From assembly GCA_021730945.1 (NCBI GenBank), contig JAKFYH010000005.1:73014-137013 (forward strand): DNA of 64,000 nucleotides, read 5' to 3'. The position numbers were made by a program, and so were the translations under genes. The DNA is from Acidobacteriota bacterium (lineage in GTDB: Bacteria; Acidobacteriota; Vicinamibacteria; Vicinamibacterales; UBA2999). The notes under the pieces were generated by a model that made no database searches, was not told where the DNA came from, and was given only the letters and a program-made list of their open reading frames with translations. Of this stretch, positions 1 to 6,870 are shown one piece after another (position 1 is the first letter of the stretch; every line of letters starts with the position of its first letter).

Positions 1-1
1 G

Positions 2-376
2 ATTGCCGTGTCGTCGGCCAAGCAATGCGGACGCGCGGTGGTGCCGATCGTGGTGGAGGCGCAGGCGTGGGCCGACTATCTTGATTCGCCGATCGACGGC
101 GTAAGGCTGATCTGCGTGGAGCCGGCAGCGGTAGTGGCGCCGGCTGGAACAGGGCACCCCTTCACGGGGGGCCAGGCACGGCTGGTGCGGGAGGTTGCCA
201 AACCCGCATCGGCGCATGTCATCATCGGGCCCGAGGGCGGCTGGGCGCCCGGCGAACTGGCGGCGGCCGTGCGGCGCGGCGCCGTGCCGATTTCGCTTGG
301 CGGCCGCACCTTGCGCGCGGATGCGGCGCCCCTTGTGGCAGTGACGGCGTTACTAACGACCTGGAGCGAACTGTGA
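2..376 (+). CDS. rsmE: 16S rRNA methyltransferase RsmE, C-terminal fragment (5' end lies outside the window)
   Basis: The reading frame is open from the window edge. The C-terminus (HVIIGPEGGWAPGELAAA...ISLGGRTLRADAAPLVAVTALL) matches the conserved RsmE/SPOUT C-terminal motif. Stop TGA at 374-376 overlaps the next gene's start. Confidence 0.75.
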   Translation: MAVSSAKQCGRAVVPIVVEAQAWADYLDSPIDGVRLICVEPAAVVAPAGTGHPFTGGQARLVREVAKPASAHVIIGPEGGWAPGELAAAVRRGAVPISLGGRTLRADAAPLVAVTALLTTWSEL

Positions 377-1134
377 TGAAGCGACTCGTGATGCCCGTAG
401 TCCTGGCCCTGCTGGCCCTGGTGACCGTGTCGGCCCAGGCCCCTGATCAGTTGCCGCCGACGGTGGCGACGTTCTCGATTCTTGGCTTTGACCCCGAGAC
501 CGGTGAGGTCGGCGGCGCGGTGCAGTCGCGGGTGTTCACCCTCACCGGCGTGCTGACCGCCGATGCCGACGCTGGTGTGGTGGCCACCCAGGCGATTGTC
601 GACGTGAGCTACGGTCCCAAAGGCATCGCGCTGCTGAAGGCGGGGATGAAACCCGACGCGATCATCAAGGCCATCTGGGAGAGCGATCCCGATCCGCAGC
701 CCGAGCGCTGGACCAAGCAGGGCCGGCAGTTCGCGGTGATCGACCTGCAGGGCAACACCGCGACGTTCACGGGGCCGAAGGCCACGACGTGGGCGGGCGG
801 CAAACAGGGGAAGTTCTGCACCGCGCAGGGCAACATCCTCGCCGGGCCCGCCGTCGTCGAGGGCATGGTGAAAGCGTTCGAAGAGACCAAGGGCCATCTG
901 TCTTTGCGGTTGATGGCGGCGCTCGAGGCGGGCCAGGCGGCCGGCGGCGATACCCGAGGCATGCAGGCCGCGTCGATGGTGATCGTGAAGAAGGGCGGGG
1001 GCGTGTGGCTGAACAACGACACGGTGCTGCGCTTCCAGGTGGACGATCAGGAGAATCCCTACAAGGAGCTCCGACGGGTCGTGGAGAGCTGGAACGCTTC
1101 GCGCGCGAAGGGCGGGGCTCGGCCGGTGAAGTAG
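373..1134 (+). CDS. Secreted DUF1028-family (Ntn-hydrolase-like) protein
   Basis: Signal peptide MKRLVMPVVLALLALVTVSAQA. TFSILGFDPETGEVGGAVQS and LEAGQAAGGDTRG are typical DUF1028 blocks. The start is GTG 373 or ATG 376, overlapping the rsmE stop. Confidence 0.75.
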   Translation: MMKRLVMPVVLALLALVTVSAQAPDQLPPTVATFSILGFDPETGEVGGAVQSRVFTLTGVLTADADAGVVATQAIVDVSYGPKGIALLKAGMKPDAIIKAIWESDPDPQPERWTKQGRQFAVIDLQGNTATFTGPKATTWAGGKQGKFCTAQGNILAGPAVVEGMVKAFEETKGHLSLRLMAALEAGQAAGGDTRGMQAASMVIVKKGGGVWLNNDTVLRFQVDDQENPYKELRRVVESWNASRAKGGARPVK

Positions 1135-1230
1135 GCCGCAGATGTCTACAGCCGCAGATAGCCACAGCCGCAGTGGGAGGGGGTCGGCCTTGCCACAGAG
1201 TTTGACGGAGCGGCCCACAGCCGTAGATTG

Positions 1231-1250
1231 GAGGCGGTCGGCACCGCCTC
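1231..1250. terminator. Perfect 8-bp stem, 4-nt loop hairpin between convergent genes
   Basis: GAGGCGGT-cggc-ACCGCCTC lies 10 nt beyond the stop (TAA, 1260-1262) of the minus-strand gene. There is no clear U-run, so terminator function is uncertain. Confidence 0.35.
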
Positions 1251-1259
1251 TGAATCCGG

Positions 1260-2138
1260 TTAGTGATCGATCCTGAGCCGGCCCGGCACGTAGAAGTAGC
1301 CGACCAGGCGGTAGTCACACAGGTTCGCCCGCTCCAGTTCTCGCGCCGGCATCGCCGCACCGCTGGCATCGCAGGCCTGTGGCGGCAGCGGCCCGTGCTT
1401 GTGCGTCCAGTGCGTACCGTCGAGCCGGAGGAAGTGAAAGTCGGAGGCGTTGACGGCCAGCGCGACGTGCCAGCCGCCAGTCGCGCCCGGGGGCACCGTG
1501 ATCGGGTCGGCCGCCGGGATCAGCCCGTCAGGGGCAAGAATGGCGGCCCATTGGGTATAGCTGGTTATGGTTGACGGTCGGCTCGCCGGTGTTGCGCCCA
1601 CCGACATGCCGCCGAAGCGGCACCACACGTCCTTGACGGCATAGTTGAAGCAGTTGCTCGACTCGCAGATCTCAAATGGGAGCCAGCTCGCCGCGTCAGC
1701 GACCATGCCGCACGCGCAGGCGGTTGCCAGCGACGTGTGGTGATTGGCGGCATGACCGCACCGCCGCCAGTCGGCCTTGGCGCCGCCCGCTGCCGGTTTC
1801 TTGAGGGCGGCACTCTCAGTGACCGCGGGGAGCTTGGCCACAATCGGATCGATCATGGCGCGAAGGCGGTCGACGCCGGAATGACTGCCACGGTGAGTGA
1901 CGGCATACGTGCGGAAGACGTAGGCCCACTCGTGGCGCTCGCCTTCAGTGCGGCTGAACAGCACATCACTGCCGGCCGGCGCCAGATTGACCAGGCACTT
2001 CCAGCACAGGTCGATCGGCACGGCCGAGACCGGCAGGTCATTGATGACCGACCACAGGCGATCACTCGTGGCCGGGTCGACCGACGTCGCCCGATTTGGC
2101 CGCCCCGAATACTTCAGTTCAATCAGAGTGCTGGCCAT
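1260..2138 (-). CDS. Cys-rich hypothetical protein; C-terminal half has papain/transglutaminase-like Cys...His...Asp spacing
   Basis: Start ATG 2138 (MASTLIELKYS) is preceded by GGTGGA-actg. It overlaps the SagB stop (2119-2121) by 20 nt. SNCFNYA (C-x-x-[FY]-A) is followed 61 residues later by GGWHVALAV and then SDFHFLRLDGTHWTHKHG. GC3 is high like the neighbours. The longer track ORF (to 2225) would overlap SagB by more than 100 nt. Confidence 0.6.
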   Translation of the reverse strand: MASTLIELKYSGRPNRATSVDPATSDRLWSVINDLPVSAVPIDLCWKCLVNLAPAGSDVLFSRTEGERHEWAYVFRTYAVTHRGSHSGVDRLRAMIDPIVAKLPAVTESAALKKPAAGGAKADWRRCGHAANHHTSLATACACGMVADAASWLPFEICESSNCFNYAVKDVWCRFGGMSVGATPASRPSTITSYTQWAAILAPDGLIPAADPITVPPGATGGWHVALAVNASDFHFLRLDGTHWTHKHGPLPPQACDASGAAMPARELERANLCDYRLVGYFYVPGRLRIDH

Positions 2139-3216
2139 CAGTCCACCAATCGAGATGCGGGAGCCCCTGGTCCCTGCCGGCGGCTGGGGGCCGCCCGCAA
2201 CCGGCGACATAGACCACGCCTTCACTCACGGCGTCGATGCCGAGCGCCGCGTCAATCGCGTCTTCGTCGATGGCGTGCGTGCAAAACGGCGCCAGGCCGC
2301 GTTCGGTCGCCAGCAAGTAGAAGGTCTGGCACACATGGCCGGCTTCGATCAGCACGTTGCGATAGGCCTTCGCCACCGGATACCGCCACATCGTCCGTTC
2401 AAACACGGCGGTGAAGAGGACAACGAGCGGGGCGTGTCCGTACCAGGGTTGAGCCTGGATGAATTGGTTGATGAGTGGCCGGCCGCCGCCACGGCGCAGG
2501 CGCGCCAGGACGTGGCCGGCCGCATCGTAGTGATAGAGACCGCGCGCCAGGCCCTGGACACGGTTCGCGATCACATAGGCCTCGATCGGATGGCAGATGC
2601 CGCCCGACGGCGAGGTCTTGAGCACGACTCGGCGGTTGGCCGGGTCGCGCGCCCACCGTTGCACACCGACACTGAGCCGGAGCAGGTCGGCCAGGTCGTC
2701 CAGCGCGAGGGGCGCGCGTGAGAACTGGCGCCAGGTGCGCCGGCGTTGGAGCAGTTGCTCCAGCGGCGACGGTGATTGCGGACGGGGCAAGGGAATACGG
2801 ACCGACGCGGTACGGACGGCCGTTGGCGCCGGCGGCGGCGTGGTCTGGGCCTTGCGGGCCAGCCGCCGTTCGCCTTCCGATACGTCGGCGTTGAAGCGAG
2901 TGCCACGGGTTGAGAAGTGAAAGAAACCGGCGGCGGGATCCCATTCGCCCCAGGGATCGGGCGGCTCGGCCGCTGGGCGGGATCGCGCGGAGGCCAGGGT
3001 CGCCGCGCTCAGGGCGCGCAGGATGGCGCGGGTGGCCCCCACCGGGAGGGCCACCTCGCGCGCGACTTCAGAGGCGAGCGCCCAGCGATCGAGCGACTGC
3101 ACCACGCGGAGGATATCAGGGGTAAGCGGCACGGTCTTGCCCGTCCGGTAGTTGGAGATCAGGCACGCGCCGTCTTTCCAGTAGCCCACGAGGTGTGGGC
3201 TCCGGCGAAACCTCAC
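2119..3216 (-). CDS. SagB/ThcOx-type FMN-dependent dehydrogenase (nitroreductase superfamily) with an N-terminal winged-helix-like extension
   Basis: RRRTWRQF...LSVGVQRW...LKTSPSGGICHPIEAYVIA...GLYHYDAAGHVL...VLFTAVFERTMWRYPVAKAYRNVLIEAGHVCQTFYL is the SagB-type dehydrogenase domain pattern. The preferred start is GTG 3216, forming a GTGA overlap with the stop of the upstream small ORF. ATG 3264 in the track would overlap that ORF by 52 nt. Confidence 0.85.
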   Translation of the reverse strand: MRFRRSPHLVGYWKDGACLISNYRTGKTVPLTPDILRVVQSLDRWALASEVAREVALPVGATRAILRALSAATLASARSRPAAEPPDPWGEWDPAAGFFHFSTRGTRFNADVSEGERRLARKAQTTPPPAPTAVRTASVRIPLPRPQSPSPLEQLLQRRRTWRQFSRAPLALDDLADLLRLSVGVQRWARDPANRRVVLKTSPSGGICHPIEAYVIANRVQGLARGLYHYDAAGHVLARLRRGGGRPLINQFIQAQPWYGHAPLVVLFTAVFERTMWRYPVAKAYRNVLIEAGHVCQTFYLLATERGLAPFCTHAIDEDAIDAALGIDAVSEGVVYVAGCGRPPAAGRDQGLPHLDWWTDGQHSD

Positions 3217-3521
3217 TTCTTGCCCTTGGCCTTCTTGCCCATCTTCTTGGTGCCCGGCGGCCACGCCTTGATGGCGTCCTGGTCCACGGTGTAGAACCCG
3301 TAGTACGGGTTGGGGCAGTAGACGCCGAGGGCGGCCTGACGCACGCCGTTCAGGGCCTGGATGATGGCGTCAAGGCGCTGCCGTTCCACCGGTGTCGCGC
3401 TGGCATGCAGCGAGGCCTTGACATGCTGAGCCAGTTGCGTCGTCTTGCGGATCTCGGCGGTCAATCCGCTCGTGCTGAACGCAAAACTCACCGGGCTACT
3501 ATCCTTCTTCGCTTTCGCCAT
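3213..3521 (-). CDS. 102-aa small protein with Lys-rich termini, no recognised family; candidate substrate or partner of the SagB-like enzyme
   Basis: ATG 3521 is preceded by GGAGG (3530-3526) with a 4-nt spacer. Stop TGA 3215-3213 overlaps the GTG of the SagB gene. Sequence is MAKAKKDSS...GVYCPNPYYGFYTVDQDAIKAWPPGTKKMGKKAKGKK. Confidence 0.65.
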   Translation of the reverse strand: MAKAKKDSSPVSFAFSTSGLTAEIRKTTQLAQHVKASLHASATPVERQRLDAIIQALNGVRQAALGVYCPNPYYGFYTVDQDAIKAWPPGTKKMGKKAKGKK

Positions 3522-3542
3522 CTGTCCTCCAGGGGTGTGGAA

Positions 3543-6041
3543 TCAGTTAATCAGTTGCAACTGCCGAATCAAGTCTTGGAACGCCGGATCGGCGCGGAGC
3601 GGATCGAAGCGGGGATCGACCCCGATCCAGATCACCGAGGGCAGGCGCGCGGCCATGGCCTCGAGCAGCAATGCCATCGCGCGATCGCGCCGCCCTCGCG
3701 CCAGCTCAACGAAGGCGAGTTGGTCGGCGGCCAGCCGGCGGTCGGCGTACGCGCGTTCGAGCTGCACCATCAGTTGCTCGGCCTCGTCCGTGCGTCCGGC
3801 CAGGTAGAGAATGCGGGCGAGCTCGGCTTGCACGGGTGGCACGTCGCGATTGGGACCGGAGCGGATCATCGCGATGGCCTCGTCGTGCCGGCCGGCCGCC
3901 GAGAGGAACCGGCCAAGGCCGAGATGAGCGATGGCCGCGCTGGGATCACGAGCCAGTAACTGGCTGGACTGGTCGATCGCTTCGTCGAACCGGCGCAGGT
4001 AGTACAGGCAGATCGCCACCGCGCTGTGGCGCGAGGCGTTGAGTGGTTCCAACTGCAGGGCGGTCCGCGACTCGGCCAATGCCGCTTCGAGGCGATTGTT
4101 CGACATCAGTAATTGCGCGTAGAGGCCGCGGGTGTTGGCATCGCTCGGATTGAGGTCAATGGCGCGCCGGAAGTGCTGCTCGGCGCCGCGCCAGTCCCAA
4201 TAGCCGGTGGCCCGTACCCATCCCAGTACGGCTTCGGCATATCCCAGGCCCGGGTCGAGCGTCCGCGCGCGCTCGGCGCGGCGCTCCGCTTCGGCAAGGG
4301 CGTCGGCAATCTCGATCTCGCGGTACGAGGTGCCGAGCAATCCAGTGATGTAGCCCAGGGCGGCCTGGGCCTGGGCAAACTCGGGTGCGAGGGTCACGGC
4401 CTTGAGGAACTGGTCGCGCGCCTGCCGGGTCGGGTTGGGTGACAGGCCGTAGTATTCCTGCCAGCCCCTGAAGTAGGCCTCGAGCGCTTCACTCGAAGGT
4501 TGCGAGCTGGCTCGACGAGCTTCGGCGGTGATGGGAGAGCGCAGCGCGCCGGCCACCTCAGCGGTGATCCGCCGCTCGGTCTCGAACAGGGCGTCGAGGG
4601 TGGATTCGTAGATCGCGCTCCAGAGCACGGTGCCGGCGCCGGCCTGGACCACCCGGACGGACACCGACAACCCTCGCCCCGCGGTCGGACGCACGCTGCC
4701 TTCGACCAGCGCGTCGACGCCGATGTCGCGGGCGACTTCCTCGTGCTGACGCAGCGTCCGGTCGCTGCGCGAGCGCGTCGTCACGACGCGCAGCCGGGTC
4801 TGCTGGCCCAGGTCGGTAGTGATGAGGTCGGCGAGGCCCAGCCCCACGTGGCTGAGCGACTGGTCGGACGACAGGTCGTCGAATGGGAAGACGGCGACTG
4901 CACTGGCCGCCACCACGGGTGCGGCCGGCGCGAGCAATCGCCACCCCAGTCCAGCGACAGCCATGCCAGCGATCGCGGCGAAGGCCACCGTCAGCCAGAT
5001 ACCGGCGCGCGGGTGACTGACGGCGGGAGGGACCACCAGCGCCGATAGAGCGTCAGCCAGATCCGTCGCCGAGCGATACCGCGACGCCGGGTCGTCGCTG
5101 GTCGCCCGCTCGACCACGGTGATGAATGCCGCCGGCAAGTCCCCGCGAAGGTCTGGCAGCCGGATGCGCGACTGCTGGCGATGACCGTCGACGATCTCCG
5201 GCACGCTGTTGCCGCGCACCGGAAACCGGCCGGACACAAGGTAAAACAGCAAGACACCAAGCGCATAGATGTCGGATTGAATACTCGCCGGCCGGCCTTC
5301 GAACAGTTCGGGCGCCAGATAGAGCGGAGTACCGGCGCTGCGCGGGCGGGCGTGCGCGGCGAGATCGTGGCCGAGGCCGAAATCCATCAGCACGTAACGG
5401 CCGCCGGCCTCGCGCATGACGTTCTGCGCCTTGATGTCCCGGTGCACGAGTCCGGCGCCATGCACCGCGGTCAAGGCCCGGCACATGTCAATGCCGACCA
5501 GCGCGGCCTCGGTCGCACTGAGCGTGCCGCGGCGCTGGACGATCGTCTCGAGCGTCTCGCCGGACACCAGTTCCATCCACAGGCCGACTCGTCCGTCCAG
5601 TTGCTCCGTGCCGTGGACGGTCACCACGTTGGGATGCCGAATACGCGCCAGCAGGCGCGCTTCGCTGAGTACGCCCTCTGGCGCGCTGGCGCCGGCTGAG
5701 GGCTTCAGGAACTTGAGCGCGACCTGACGGTCGAGCCGGGTATCGATCGCGCGAAAGACCTCGCCCTGGTTGCCGCCGCCCAGCCGTTCGAGCAGCGCGA
5801 AGTGGCCCCAGTGCGGGACCGCTCCGGTGCTGGGACTGCGGACCACGCCGGCGGCCGGGCCGTCGGCGCCTGGGTCGGTCTGGTGCAGGCCGCTTAGTTG
5901 CGACACCAGGCGCAGGTTGGTGATCAGGGCCAGGTCGTCCTCAGAAACTGATGCGGCTTCGAGCGCGTCCCAGTCGATCGGCTCGCCGTCAGAAACGGCG
6001 GTCGCGACCGCCAGCCACCGGGCTTCGTCAGCGGCCTTCAT
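3543..6041 (-). CDS. Membrane Ser/Thr protein kinase with extracytoplasmic TolB-N-like and TPR repeat region
   Basis: Kinase motifs are present: GGGNQGEVFRA, VALKFL, HRDIKAQNV, DFGL, APE. One TM segment (IWLTVAFAAIAGMAVAGLGW), then AVFPFDDLSSDQS... and multiple TPR-like repeats. ATG 6041 overlaps the ECF sigma stop (6028-6030) by 14 nt. Confidence 0.9.
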   Translation of the reverse strand: MKAADEARWLAVATAVSDGEPIDWDALEAASVSEDDLALITNLRLVSQLSGLHQTDPGADGPAAGVVRSPSTGAVPHWGHFALLERLGGGNQGEVFRAIDTRLDRQVALKFLKPSAGASAPEGVLSEARLLARIRHPNVVTVHGTEQLDGRVGLWMELVSGETLETIVQRRGTLSATEAALVGIDMCRALTAVHGAGLVHRDIKAQNVMREAGGRYVLMDFGLGHDLAAHARPRSAGTPLYLAPELFEGRPASIQSDIYALGVLLFYLVSGRFPVRGNSVPEIVDGHRQQSRIRLPDLRGDLPAAFITVVERATSDDPASRYRSATDLADALSALVVPPAVSHPRAGIWLTVAFAAIAGMAVAGLGWRLLAPAAPVVAASAVAVFPFDDLSSDQSLSHVGLGLADLITTDLGQQTRLRVVTTRSRSDRTLRQHEEVARDIGVDALVEGSVRPTAGRGLSVSVRVVQAGAGTVLWSAIYESTLDALFETERRITAEVAGALRSPITAEARRASSQPSSEALEAYFRGWQEYYGLSPNPTRQARDQFLKAVTLAPEFAQAQAALGYITGLLGTSYREIEIADALAEAERRAERARTLDPGLGYAEAVLGWVRATGYWDWRGAEQHFRRAIDLNPSDANTRGLYAQLLMSNNRLEAALAESRTALQLEPLNASRHSAVAICLYYLRRFDEAIDQSSQLLARDPSAAIAHLGLGRFLSAAGRHDEAIAMIRSGPNRDVPPVQAELARILYLAGRTDEAEQLMVQLERAYADRRLAADQLAFVELARGRRDRAMALLLEAMAARLPSVIWIGVDPRFDPLRADPAFQDLIRQLQLIN

Positions 6042-6633
6042 GCATCACCTTCGCAATCTTCAACAACGCGCGGCTGATCATCATGCGGACGGCATCGGGG
6101 CTGGACCGGTCCATCGATGCCGCGATCTGCGCGTACGAGCAACCGAACTCAATCCGCGAGACCACCGCCTCGCGCTCGTCTGGGGCGAGTTGCGCCATGG
6201 CGGCCTCGTAGCGGTCGAGCGCCTGGCGGCCGATGACTTCTTCGATCGGCGACGGCTGCGGGTCCGGGAAGCTGGTGTCGAGCGGATCGTGCGGCGCGCG
6301 CGAGGCGCGCCGGACTTCGTCGATCAGCCGGTTCTGCACCGCCCGGCGCAAGTAGGCGTGAAAGCCGCCGTCGCGGGTGGGCTCGAAGGTGTCGATGTGA
6401 CGCAGCGTCTGCATCACTGACTCCTGGACCAGGTCATCGGTGTCGCGCATCTGGCGGGCCCACCGGGGCAGCCGGCCGCGCGCCCATCGTGTGAGCGGCG
6501 CCAGGTAGCGGCCGAGCAAGCTGTCGAGCGCAGCTTCGTCGCCGTCGCGGGCACGGGCGAGGAGATCGCGAGTGGACTCGACGCCGGCGGCGTGATCGGC
6601 GCGGCCTTGGGGCCTGGGTGGCGGACGATCCAT
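6028..6633 (-). CDS. ECF-type RNA polymerase sigma factor (kinase-linked type)
   Basis: Region 2 (DDLVQESVMQTLRHIDTFEP...FHAYLRRAVQNRLIDEVRR) and region 4 (REAVVSRIEFGCSYAQIAASMDRSSPDAVRMMISRALLKIA). ATG at 6633. Confidence 0.85.
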   Translation of the reverse strand: MDRPPPRPQGRADHAAGVESTRDLLARARDGDEAALDSLLGRYLAPLTRWARGRLPRWARQMRDTDDLVQESVMQTLRHIDTFEPTRDGGFHAYLRRAVQNRLIDEVRRASRAPHDPLDTSFPDPQPSPIEEVIGRQALDRYEAAMAQLAPDEREAVVSRIEFGCSYAQIAASMDRSSPDAVRMMISRALLKIAKVMHEGR

Positions 6634-6660
6634 GCGGCTGTGGTGCGCATCCTAACCGAT

Positions 6661-6870
6661 TCACGGTCTGAGCGGCGGCCGGGCAATCCGAAGTGCAAGT
6701 TGCACCCGTCCCTCCACCTGCATCTTCTTGCACGCGGCAGCGACGTGCTTCTTCACGGTGCGCTCGGAAATGCCCAGCGCCTCCGCGATGCGCCGGTTAC
6801 GCCAGCCGCGCGAGACGGCCAGCGCGACCCGGCGTTCCTGCGGCGTGAGCGTCTCCGGCGCCTCGCTCAT
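6661..6870 (-). CDS. Stand-alone LuxR/GerE-type HTH protein (69 aa)
   Basis: MSEAPETLTPQERRVALAVSRGWRNRRIAEALGISERTVKKHVAAACKKMQV is a GerE-type HTH. ATG 6870 forms an ATGA overlap with the stop of the upstream sigma-like gene. The N-terminal extension to 7047 in the track lies in a different frame from the sigma-like gene's 3' end. Confidence 0.7.
   Translation of the reverse strand: MSEAPETLTPQERRVALAVSRGWRNRRIAEALGISERTVKKHVAAACKKMQVEGRVQLALRIARPPLRP

Noticed and set aside
76-1218. 380-aa ORF on the minus strand
   Set aside because: It is antisense to rsmE and the DUF1028 gene. Its composition is Arg/Pro/Gly-rich.
1260-3521. Calling the SagB region a TOMM / thiazole-oxazole RiPP cluster
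   Set aside because: There is no YcaO cyclodehydratase, no E1-like partner, no recognisable leader/core precursor and no exporter in 64 kb. Only the dehydrogenase family assignment is supported, so I report it as an uncharacterised module.
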